Below are positions 26,101-37,888 of a stretch of 64,000 nt of DNA, one piece after another. This DNA comes from Botryllus schlosseri. Lineage: Eukaryota. The stretch is taken from positions 9,114,001 through 9,178,000 of the forward strand of contig CM119375.1 of NCBI GenBank assembly GCA_051294905.1, in the 5' to 3' direction. Below the pieces are notes generated by a model that had not been told where the DNA came from, searched no databases, and saw nothing but the letters and a program-made list of their open reading frames with translations. The position numbers and the translations under genes were made by a program. How positions within the stretch are numbered: position 1 is the first letter of the stretch; the number at the start of each line of letters is the position of its first letter.

Positions 26101-28834
26101 TGACCTGGTGTAAATCACCATAATATAGTCGAAACACACCATGAAATACCACAAACAATAACAACAACATTAGATACATATGCCATTTTTATTGGTAGGT
26201 ATGATCAGAGTACTCGATATGCTCCAGTGGTGGAGCCAGGGGTCGAAATGCACCCGTCCCCTCCAATTTCCGACTTGTCATTGTGACGTTATCCGTGCTC
26301 ATACTGAACTTGGGAAATCTCGTAATTGTTGACAAGATTTTTCCCCTCCCAGATTTCGATTCGCGATACGCCTATGTCTGTATTGTACCAAGTCGTATGC
26401 ATCATGAAAAATTCATTTTGTTCTTTGTGTTTACAAGAAAGGTATAAAAATGGAGTATTTGAAGCGATGATATGCGATTGAAGTATGGGCTCTGTGAAAG
26501 ACAGAAATGACCCCTGACAATCTACTACAGGTCGCCGTGATTGATTTGGTATTCTACTTGGGATCAAATTTTAATTCCCTTTGAAGCACATACAATTACT
26601 ACGCGTTTACTATGTAGTTTTTCTTGTAATGGATACTGTGCAAACAAAGTATCGCCTTCATCGCGACGCTTTACGGCATTTATTCTAGTTCCCCAGAGCC
26701 ACCCAAAGTGCGACCCGGGCTGGTACAACGCCGCCGTAACGGTAGCTTTTCTCTCGAATGAGACTAAACTCATAACAGCACACTTCGAATGATTCGTATT
26801 CATAAAAACTTACTTCCCTAGGACTTTGCAAAATCTTTTGTTGCCCAAGTTTCTTATAACCTGACCTGATTTTGTTACATCCGTTCGATTCTCGAATAAT
26901 AACGCGGATAAGTGGCGCGCTTCTGTACAATAACACACGCTTTCTTGTTTATCCAAAACGGCGCGCCATGAAACACCGCCCCACAGACAGCTAGTCGTCG
27001 GAATTGTATTTCTAGGGAAAACTACACCTAGACGCCAATCCCCTAAAATCTCTCATTACAAATGAATTAGACAAACCTTCCATTAGTGAGACAGCGAAGC
27101 ACTGACATTCGAGAATGCAACGCAAGGTTGCCGGCTGACGTACCGTGTATTGCAGTTTACCGTCGCGATTTAATGATCAATTCGCAGGGTCTGCGCCGAA
27201 CAGAGAGATGTTACATTAGTAGCAGCGTTATACTAAAACGATACACACACACTTCTATGGTGAGTTCGATCGAAAAATGAAATTTCAAAACACAATTCAA
27301 TTCATTTCCGTCCATGATTCAGAGAATCGCATGCCAGTAGTTCGTCCGCGCTTCCGTTAACTATGAATAGTACGTGACGTCACTATGGTACGCTGTTGTC
27401 AGCTGCTTCCTTTGTACAATATTCTCAAGTTCATTGATCACAATGCTTAGCCACTAATTCAGGCGACAAGTGGGTGAAGTAATGGGCGAGGAAGTCGTAA
27501 CTAAGTAATCATTGTAAGCTCCACCAATCTAGAAATTTCCTGACACCCATCATGTGCTGTTTTCTACTTTCTTGTAAATTGGATATTGCGTCTGCTGGCA
27601 GTCCAATATTAAGCCTACGGTAAAATGCCATTATATGTTCCGCATGATTCACGGCGTCATACTTTAGTGGAATCGGTGGCGTTTAAGTGACTTTCTGTAT
27701 TACTCTGTGATTTGGCTTATATGATCCTCACTGCATGAAGTTTATGTATGAATTTACATGTCATTGTATGTGGTAAATGTATAGAAACTGCTTGATTTAT
27801 TAGACTTTGAGGCTGTAGGATTGTACCCGATTCTTAAAGATTCTGTTGGCATTCTTGCTGGAGATTACAGATGTATCAATATGTGATCGTGTCGTACCAG
27901 TTTCCCCTTCTCGGTTCACTTCAGAAATAGCTCTCGGTCATGGGATCATCCCGCGGCTACAGAGTTGACATATCTTTTACAATCGACTTCGCCATCCCCA
28001 TAGAGGACTTCCACCTGTGAATGAGGAAGGATGAGCCATGTTACTACTCGGGTGTGTTAAAGAAAGGGATTTTGCCAAATTTAGCGTAGGAAGTGGATGT
28101 AAGGGTCAAAACTAGCAACGACACTAGCTTCTTGTGAAATCACCGCGAGTTTTATACAGCTTGTTTGATACATTGTTCGTAAACTTCGCGTTATTGCGTA
28201 ATGCTACTGTGATCTAATATTGCGATTGTGCTACTACCCGTTCATCTGCATCTTTTATGCACCATTCCGTCAGTTTTGTGTCGCCATGTCATCGCTTGCG
28301 TTATCTCATCAATTGATCTTCTCTATCTTTCTTAACAATCGCGATATTGTCTCTACACTATACACGAATGTCACTCCCATTCAACAATGCTACGCCTATG
28401 ACTGCCGCCAATGAATATTTAACCATACACAAATACAGTTTTAATTTTCGCTTTGGCTATTTGTCTAATTATTTGTTTACTGCAGACATATATTCTTTGT
28501 TCCTTGAACGAGCTCGGTTTTCCGTCAACACTTCAACAAAGGCGGAACATCTTATGTCATAATATTTATTGTGATAATGTCATTATTACGACAGCAACTC
28601 TTGATACATTCAATCAAAACCAGTCAAACAATCAAAACGGGGTGATTTGACCCTTGTCATTCAAGGTCAAGCGTGGAGTCTATGCTATATATGACTATGA
28701 ACATATTGTCATGAAACATCGTAGCATTCTAATGTACACTTGTGAGTGGATTACTTATGTTACATAATGGGAATAACATCATTACGTCATTGCACTGGGT
28801 TATTTTGCATCGTACTCATCGATACACTGTACAC

Positions 28835-29608
28835 CAGTGGTTCTCAACCTTTTGTCTTTGCGGATCCCTTTTGGACCTTCACGGACCTCCGCGGACCCTC
28901 AAAAAGTTTTCGTTCAAAATTAGCCCAATTATCGAGCAACCGTCATCTGTCCCATGCATATATTTATTGTAGGCTTGTGAGAAACACCAACAAAATGACT
29001 TTTCGGGAAAATAACATCATATTAGCCAATATGTAGACATTGGGTAGACTTTTATTATTTAGAAGCGAATTTTGCAGCTGTATTTATTGTCTTGAATATC
29101 CCCGTGTTCGATTTGATATGAACGAGTGCCGAAGATATTGCCACAAAGATACAGATAGGGGCTTACGAATATATTAACGCGTATCGGTTCCAACGACACC
29201 TTTGGGTGTGATCGCAATATATATGGCACCAAAACTGAGAAACATGGTATTTAATTAACATATAACGTCCAGCCTATGGTCATTTCTATCTAGCATCTCA
29301 TCTTAAAGTTATTCTGGAATAGTGGTTATATATATTACAGGTGAAAATGGATGTCGTGGCGAGGTTTCAATCCTGTCATTGCGAGAGATTGGGAAAAAAA
29401 ACAGGAATTTCTGTAGGCTATTGGCAATTTGTCAAATTAAACTAAATTTGGATGGTAGGATATTTTATATCAGACGACTATTCTAATGATGTGAGTCCTG
29501 AAGCTTAAGCAATTATGAAACACGCTTTCCCTAATTAACAAAAAATAAGTTATTGATGTTTCTTTTTTAAATTTAGAGGCTTTGCGGACCCCCGGTTGAG
29601 AACCACTG
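28835..29608. mobile_element. hAT (Charlie/Buster-like) MITE, 774 bp
   Basis: Perfect 15-bp TIR cagtggttctcaacc / ggttgagaaccactg; gcggaccc subterminal repeats; TSD eroded. Confidence 0.8.
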
Positions 29609-31205
29609 CTGTTGTACAGGTTAGAATGCGTGTGAAAGCAGGGTTTCGTATCAGAAAGTGCTGTTGACCTGACTTGCACCCTACGTTATGGTGGAAACGG
29701 TATAATACACAATACACGTATACTGTGTGTAATAAGTGTTAAATAGTCAATTCCTATATACAGTGTTGTGGCACCGAGCGGATTAAAATCCTAATGCGTG
29801 ACATGGAAATAATCTCATTTAAAAATCAATCATTTGCATACGATTACCGGCATGTTCACCGCCCCCAGACAATCAGGTGTCGCTGCAGAATACCGTCACG
29901 CATGGCAGAATTTATGGCGCCGATTTTCAGCCAATAATAGAGATAAATCGTCGAGGTTCTGAAGCATTCAAGTGAGCCATCATCATGTCGGGTCGCAGTC
30001 GAATTAATCGAATGTCAGCCCAGTTGTAGAGAAAAGCATATACGCAAGGGGATTTATCAGTATTAGTCTGGAATTAGATTTGGCATCTTTGAGTTGAAAG
30101 CCCCACTTGTAAACAATCCCTTCAAAATCAAGTGAAACAATATAGGCGGTAGATACCGCGAAGCAAATTATGCAAACAAACTATAAAGTATGCACATACC
30201 AACTGATATTCCACTCTATTCTGACATACCTCGGGATAGTATGTTTTACGTTATTGTTATATTTACTTTATCAAACGCTTATACGGCTTTATCGTCGTAA
30301 ATCTGTTATTCTGGTAACTAGATCAAACTTTATTACCTAAACTTATTAGGAACTATGAGTATTTGTAATCCGTTCCTGTGTGGCGCCTATGTCTCCACAT
30401 AATCGCAACGAAATGGTTATTTCGTGAATGGCTTCGAGTCTCGCAGTTTATTGTTCATATCGCTTTTCATTTGCATGTCACCTCGCAGGCTCCACGCGAA
30501 TTAGGATTCGGGGTATAAAGTCAGATTCCCTTAGCTCTTGAGACATGCTCAACATCGACGCTGTCGCCTGATAGGGTTAGGCATCGTGGGAACATTGGTC
30601 CAAGTAATTACATGCCGCCCGAACACAGTTATCGCTCATGTAAGCCAGAATGCTGTGCACTTGACTGTCAGCGTTCGGCACAAATTTTCACCTCAACATA
30701 TTGCTTTCGCTTTGCCACAATAGATATATGGAGTCGCGTGGGGCCTACGATACTATAGTAGGCCGCAAGTCGCGCCATTGTTTAAATCTGCCTCCCCCGA
30801 ACATTCATTCCCTTTTGCCAATTATCCTGCCCATTTCTCCACATGTGAATCCGTGAATCAGGGATATATTGAACTATATGTCCCTGTCGTGAATTACCGT
30901 ACCTATATAATAGATAGCAATGTAAATACAGCAATTCCCAGTTATATGCTATTTCCATGGTTTGTCTTGAAATGCTACCGTGTACTGTGAGAGTGGTTCG
31001 TGTATCTGTACGTAGGAACTGAGTTTATCCTCAAGCTTGCAGGAATACTTACTATATATTGGTCACATGGTCTGGTCAGTCATACAGGCACGCCATTCGA
31101 ACAGTTGATGCCTCAATGACGAACGCTACCTATTTTTCGCACTTGCTAGCTCGTCATATCGGAAAACGAAAGCCGGGCAGAGTTCGATGTTTCAATTTCA
31201 CATAT

Positions 31206-31211
31206 TTTATT
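31206..31211 (-). terminator. First canonical AATAAA downstream of gremlin (putative polyA signal)
   Basis: The plus strand reads tttatt. I saw no earlier copy between the stop codon and this site, which would imply a 3' UTR of about 1 kb. Confidence 0.3.
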
Positions 31212-32193
31212 TCGACGAGGGAAAAATACCCAGAATATAAATAAAGTAGAAAGTTTGAACAAGAAAATGCGCAAAAAAAGACTTCAAATCTGTTTTTTCG
31301 AATACGAACAAAAGTTATATCGACGATATCAAAGAACATTTAACCACTAATATTGAAAAGGCTCTTAGAATTATAACAGTTGAATGAAAATAAATAGAGA
31401 AATGTAATTTTCGGGAATTTGTACGTGACGGTACAGATACACCTGCGTACCCACATTTCGTTACCGATCACCCAACTTGAAGCATGTCAATTCATATGCG
31501 TTTTAGTAGCAAGCATCTTATAAAAGAGCACACGGGTTGATCGTGCCGTATCGGCAACAGCATTCATATCGACAGTGCAAACACGGCATTCGCGTGCCAA
31601 TAAGTGGGTTTGCTACCCACAACAGTGTGCCCCGACAATGTTTGTTATATGAAATCGGCGCTGATAATAATCGGCGCCATATAACTTCCATCTGCACTTA
31701 GAGATAATGAGCGGAATTGTTTTCGCGTAATTGAGTCACGTTTCCACAGAAAAGTCGTGGAGAGACTATCCACGCAACGGAGCGCTCGGCAGGAGATCAA
31801 CGCAAAGCAATTTGAGCGGACGACGCCAAATTTGCGACCGTGACTGCATAAATCCCCGGATTTTCGAGATATTTGCGGTCGTCTGCGCGATTACTCGAGT
31901 CATACAATTTACTATACCCTGTAATTTTAGAGCAAGCGTCGTTCAATTATATCTGACTGAAAGGGACAGTGGTGAAGACAAGCGAAGAAGGCTTGCGGTC
32001 GCATCGCGACAACGGTCTTATAGCTCGCTACGAGATTCGCAACCAAACCGGCGCTGGCTGGTGTCACAACTCCGCCTAAGTCTGTGACGCGTTTGATTCT
32101 TTCACGCAGTCATCTTGCCAAAGTCCAGACATTGGACTGAAAGCCTCTTGATAACGGCGCGTATACCTTTGAGAAGCCCACACCGGTTACCCT

Positions 32194-32946
32194 CTACCGT
32201 CGGGATTCTCCGGTTGTTGTTTGGCTCGCGATCGACGAGACGGACACGGCTTCTTCCGGAGCCGGAGTGCGAGAGTCGATGTCCGGAACAGCGATGCACC
32301 TGCATTCTTTGATGCGATTCACCATTCGCTTGATGGTCCTGCTCTGTCGGCGTCGCCTTCCAGGGCATGTCAGGGTAACGGACACGCGCTCTACCTTGAA
32401 AGGCTTGCAAAAGGAGCATGATTTGAACGCTTCTTGCTCCGTCTCTTCGCCGCTCAACTCCTTCGGGATGTAGAAGGAATTGCATTGGCCGTAGCAGAAA
32501 TAATTGATGAAGTTTCCCTTGCAGCCGTTTTTCGTTTGTACGACTTGCTTCAAAGGCCTGATTTTGCACCAGTCGCTTTTTAGATACCGTTTTTCGGTGA
32601 TGATTCGCGCCTGCTCGCTGGTTTTCAGGATCTTGCGATTTTTCCGGCCGGATTTCTTCCTTTTTCGGGCGGTCGGCTCTTCGATGGTGATGTCATTTTC
32701 GCTTTCCTGACGCCTTCTTGACTTTCTACCGCCTCGCCTTCGCGCTTCTGATGCGTCGACGCAAGCGAGTACGACGAGACATATTACGAGTAACGCGAAT
32801 AGTCCGAATTTGAAATACGGGGTCGACGATCTGGTAGATCTCGCGCCGCGTTTGGATGATAGTATCTCCGGCGTCATGCTTGACAATGCTCTGGTCTTTT
32901 TTGGCGGACACTTCAGCGCCATTCGCGAATCGGCGTTCTCCGTCAT
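32194..32946 (-). CDS. grem: Gremlin (DAN/Cerberus-family secreted BMP antagonist), 250 aa, intronless CDS
   Basis: The ORF has the gremlin cystine knot with all 9 Cys in register: DWCKIRPLKQ..GC....INYFCYGQCNSFYIP....AFKSCSFCKP....VTLTCP....RIKECRC. This parallels vertebrate GREM1 (DWCKTQPLKQ..FCYGQCNSFYIP..SCSFCKP..VTLNCP..VKQCRC). There is a hydrophobic signal-like segment at aa 45-63 and polybasic stretches. Confidence 0.97.
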   Translation of the reverse strand: MTENADSRMALKCPPKKTRALSSMTPEILSSKRGARSTRSSTPYFKFGLFALLVICLVVLACVDASEARRRGGRKSRRRQESENDITIEEPTARKRKKSGRKNRKILKTSEQARIITEKRYLKSDWCKIRPLKQVVQTKNGCKGNFINYFCYGQCNSFYIPKELSGEETEQEAFKSCSFCKPFKVERVSVTLTCPGRRRRQSRTIKRMVNRIKECRCIAVPDIDSRTPAPEEAVSVSSIASQTTTGESRR

Positions 32947-33039
32947 AATAAAATGAAGCTTGGTAGATACTGTTGAAACTTGGTGAATTGTCTTAAATCA
33001 ACTCGTACTGTATAATTCGATGTTATACTGTAGTATCTG

Positions 33040-33058
33040 CTATAAAAGAAAGATAGAT
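33040..33058 (-). other. Splice acceptor in the gremlin 5' UTR (cis intron or trans-splice acceptor)
   Basis: Minus strand reads tctatctttcttttatag|cag, with the AG ending at 33040, 93 nt upstream of the ATG. The only decent donor is cag|GTCATG at 33145. Confidence 0.45.
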
Positions 33059-33151
33059 TTGATGCGGAGAAATATGAATTCTACAATTGGCTATATATTT
33101 TTCATTAAGTTCCCGTTCTTAGATCATAAGCTCGTAAGCCATGACCTGATC

Positions 33152-33187
33152 GACTGACCCTCAGCTGGGTTGCCCTGCCTTTATATA
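33152..33187 (-). promoter_or_regulatory. Gremlin core promoter: TATA box plus initiator
   Basis: On the minus strand, TATATAAAG at 33187-33179 and TCAGTC at 33157-33152. The Inr A (33155) lies 30-32 nt downstream of the TATA, which is canonical spacing, and 209 nt upstream of the gremlin ATG. Confidence 0.6.
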
Positions 33188-35757
33188 TCGGCTTTGTCCC
33201 ACGACCATTGAAGAAACTGAAAAAAATGCCCGCAGTTAGATAAGTAATTCTGAAATCAGCAGGATGAGAAAGACCATTTCTCTCGTCTCCTCTGATTTGG
33301 CGCCGGCATTCCGGACAACAAATTAAAGATATTTGTTTCTCTACCAGTTTTTGTTTGAAGAAGATAAGTGAAAGAATTGCAGTATCGGGTTGCGAATCCG
33401 CGATAGACGCTTTTTAGTATAGAACGCCAAATGTTGATAAAATCAGTTTTAGATATGCTAGTATATTACGGGTCTATCTGCAATTGAAAATATTGCTCCG
33501 TGGTTGACAAAATAGACCAAGTATTTTGATTTTCTTGTAACTATGCAGCCCATAATGTAATTCACAAGCGCCGCGCACAAAGTCCGAATAATGGTGAGTC
33601 ACATACACTGACTGGACAATTGCAATAGATAGTGTGACTATTTTTCACTAAGGTTGAAAGTTTCAATCAATGATTTCTGTGTATGAAGCTATAATACCAA
33701 AATCGATTAGCGCACTACAGTCCTGATCCAAGCTTAGTAAGATACAGTTTGCCTTGTCCACCCAAGCCACTATAAACATCTTTAATAGTGCTTGCACGAG
33801 ATGGCTGACACGGTTCACAGCCCATATGCTGCAGCACTCATTCAAGTGTATTCCTGTTGACCCTCACATGCAAGGATGCAAAACCAAGTCGCATCTCTGT
33901 CATTAACTTTATAAAATGAGCAGCTATAAAGATCTTTTTATGCTCGAACAGAGCCCGTCGACTCGACGGCACCAATCACAAGAAAGAACATGTGTACGGA
34001 GGCGGGGCCGATTGTAGTATTGCCGATGTATGGCGCTGGGTTTTCCGCTTTGAAAGAGGCCTCTTTACACTTGTACCCATCCGAAACAAAAGGTATCTTC
34101 ATTCTGCGACGGATCGAAACAAGCGTCTACAGTTTTAGACAATGGCAGCAATGAAAACATGGGTGAAAGTTTTCCGTAGGAACTCAAAGCCTCTCACTAC
34201 TTGTCCACGTTACAACCCATCCATTGATAGTTACATCAGTCTCCAATCAAAAGCAAACTCAACAAGGTGACATATTCGATACTTCAAAGTCCCGCCGGAT
34301 TGAGATGTTGCGTGATTGCAGGCGCTGGCGCCAAAGTAGTAACAAATTTCATTGACTAAATAAAATCGCATCTCATTGACCCTACAGGGATCCGAAATCT
34401 TCACGATGCATGTCTTTCAGAAAATAAATAAATGGGCTATGAATAAGAAATGAGCAGTAATTGCCCAAAATGTCTGGGCCATTTTCCGAACCACACACAC
34501 GCGAACTTATCGTTTTGTGTATCTTTTAAGCGAAACAGTAGTCGAGAATTATCACGCAGTAGATGTAGGCAACATCACCGGAACGGCCTAAATTTACGAC
34601 TGCGTTTGATTTACGATATATTTTAGTAGGATAAGGCTCACGGACTGTCAGTACCAGCGGACGATAAGCTATAAATTAAATTTATGTTTGCCCAGATATA
34701 TCTTGTCAAATTATGTACTAAAAGACGAAACAGTCTTAGTATTTATCTTTATCCCTCGTTTGCATTTGAATTAGCAAAATTGATACATCCTCATTCCTAA
34801 TGCACCCAATCTGTTCACCTCTTGCGCCGTTATGTCAAGACTATCAGTTTCATACAAATGGGTATGGCGCCAAATTTCGGAATATGAAGAACACAAAATT
34901 AGATCGGGTCCCGCAATTTCTCTATACGATCAAATACCACACACCGCAGTGTGGCGACATTCTGCCAGTCTCGGCTCGTTAATTCGTGCTTCTACACCAG
35001 ACTCGAGGCGGCCTGTCTGAAGTATTTCTTAGCTAGCAAAATAGTAGCCCCCGAACTAACTGGACCATACAAATTCGGCATATTCTGAAATCTACCCGCT
35101 CTCTGTGTAAACTGCGACGCAATGCTGAAACTTAATGTGGTTTGGTTTACCGTCACCTACAGTAGCAATCAATCACAGAGTCGCCGACGCTAATGTGAAA
35201 ATCGTCTCAGATCCAGCAGTCGGCAATACGGGCGCCGTCAGCACCATACGCTAGGCTGCAGACCGTGTAAACTCGATTTGCCCCGAACGAGCCCTCCAAC
35301 GTCTGCATATTCGTGTGGTCGGACTTCTACAATCGCCATCGTATTTATTGTAAATATCGTTTTGAATGCCGGGCATTCTTGCGAAAGAGACGTTTTGTCA
35401 CGAAGGTGTGGTGCGGAGTCGCTTATGCGAATGAGCGAAGTGCACGTTTAATTTGAAGTTGAAAGGCTTTCTGGAGGCTATAAAACATCGTGTCGGAGTG
35501 ATTGCGTAGCCGTAAATCCAAATTCCGTTATTTTGAGAGGGTCACACGCGAGCCGTCGTCTCGAAGTTTCAAATTTGGCAGCGAATGTTTCGAAAGGTGT
35601 ATAGACTAATCATTGAAACCAAGATAAGGTTATGGCCATCTCAAATATATCCTACGGATCGCAAATATGCAGTACACACGAAACAGACAACCTAATGGCG
35701 TTTGACGTTACTAGACCTCTGAGTCCTATCCCAGGCGGGACTAAAAGACTGCGTGCC

Positions 35758-35772
35758 GGCGTCCGACTGTCT
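35758..35772 (+). promoter_or_regulatory. Candidate BMP/Smad response element GRCGNC(N5)GTCT
   Basis: GGCGTC-cgact-GTCT, about 2.6 kb upstream of the putative gremlin TSS. Motif match only. Confidence 0.3.
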
Positions 35773-37681
35773 ATCACCCCGTGAAGAAACTCACAATTAG
35801 ATTTCAAATCTGTTACAGTCTTTCGCTTCGATATTCATCGATCAGCCACTGTGTTACAAGTTCGAAAACAAATAACGGCCGAGACGTCTCTGTACCCAGA
35901 GCTTACTCAAAACAAGCGCAGTAGACTTTCGCCGACTGGAGGTCTGTAATTTGCAGCAAAATGACCACGATCCTCTTAATTTATTATATGATTCATGACA
36001 ATGTGAACCGAGCAGTAAAAATGCGACAGAGTGATGGAGATTCTAAGATCTCATTCCAGTTACAAAGCAAAGACATGACATGATCCCCGGACCGGCACTA
36101 TGGAACAGTGTCGTTTGTAGATTTATTATTTCTGCGAACCCTATGTCAGCGACAACATCGCAACGTGATCTTCTATTTACAGTAAACTAATAAAATTTGT
36201 CGTCAAATATAGTTAGAGTAATGCCAGTAGAGACAGGGACACAATATCGCCGCGGTAGAGAGCCATACCGAAACGGATCCTGACCGACCATACGGAGCCT
36301 AACGAATCGGGATCAATGTCGTGTTTTGAACACGAATTCGACGTAATATGAGCGCGAAGTGCTTATCGATTCTCGTCTGTCAGTCGAGAAGGCTACGTGT
36401 TTCAAGGACGCGTGAATTGTTAGCTGAAGCCCGTCATCTAGTGTTTGGTATTTGGCAAAAATCTCGGCGTGATATTCCGAATCTGTGAGCCTATGTTGTA
36501 GACTAATTGATGGCCAAGCAACTGTACGTAATACAGGTGCTGTGCTGGGTACTGCGAGACTACAGAAACAGTTTGCGTTGCTGTATAACTTATTAACGAA
36601 ACTTGAAGTAACCTTCTCACCATACGGCCCGAAAGGTCAGCAAGGAGATCGCTAGTTTATCAATTCCCCACTTTGCGAGTGGCGCCGAAACTATGCCTTG
36701 AAAACGATAACAATTCTACGGCGCCACATGGGCAAATACATCCGCCTAATCACGCAACGGTTACGGTATGCATCCCATTATCGAGGATATCCGGAGCCGG
36801 CAAAGTAAAGTCGACAGTTGACCGCTGCTTCAGTCGTTGTTTGCTGATTGTCACGTCACACTTGCGTCTCAACTTTCCGACGAGTTCGTAACCAACCGTT
36901 TCATATACGAGCGCGCCCACCGCTCTTGACCGTCTCTAATAGAACGAGATAAATGCACCGCTGATGTCCGTTGCGTCACGTGATTAGTGAATAAAATTGA
37001 ATCTTTGCACAATTTTGACCTATAGCCTGAGAGCCTTCGTAAAGCACTAGGTATAATATCGCCAGCAATCAATAATTTTGTGGTGTGACATCGCTGCCGT
37101 GTGTAGTGTATCGGTGGTAAAGGATCTGCCGACTGTGCGGGTGAACGATATACGCATTACGTAATAGGGCAATTCATTTCGTTTTTTACGGCTACCTAGT
37201 TTATTTTCAAAAAAATGAGCAGATTATTCAAAGCCCCCCTCTTCGCTACAGGTGAGATTGACACGAACTCTTGTCTCTCGGACGGCGCCACACATTGTGT
37301 GTTCTAAACTTTCCCTTTATAAACTGTTTCGTCATGTTGGGAATCCCGGTTGAAATCTATCTGAGCCCGAAGTATTTTCGATGGAATTTTGCTTGAATGA
37401 AAAATGAAAATACAATATTCATAGGTTTGCATCGCTTGTGAGTGACATTGTCAAAATACATCACGCTAACTCACGGGTATGGCTATGCCTGGATCCCTAG
37501 GCCCCTTCGTGACCTAATCCGAGAAAATGTTTGATCTGCACTAATTGGACGCATCACAATGAAATGTAAATGGATAGGTAACTGAAATCAACGCAACCCA
37601 ACTAAACAAACTAATTGAGGAGTTTAGCCTGTTAACATTCAGCCTAGCTGCAACTGATACGATTGTACATTTTGTACAAGT

Positions 37682-37888
37682 AGGGCTGCTCAAAAATTAC
37701 TTTTTTCCGGATTCCGGCCATTCACTGATTAAATTGTCAGGTTACCCTGAAAAACGCTGCACACCAAATTTGATTCAATTATATCAAGTATAGATAAGCC
37801 TCCGCAGATCGAAATAAAAATTTTAATTTGTTAGGGAAAATAAAAAGAAATTCAAATTTTTCTGTCAACCCCATGAAATTGTTGTGTT
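37682..37888. mobile_element. Truncated copy of the 14995-15338 family
   Basis: agggctgctcaaaaattac...cattcactgattaaattgtcaggttaccctgaaaaacgctgcacacc...ccccatgaaattgttg matches one arm plus the interior, in inverted orientation. Confidence 0.85.

Noticed and set aside
26985-27035. ZNF143/Staf-like motif (ggaattgtatt, aaactaca)
   Set aside because: Partial match only, with no associated gene start.
31731-32911. Several 60-155 aa ORFs overlapping gremlin or its 3' UTR
   Set aside because: These are shadow frames of a GC-richer coding region with no recognisable motif.
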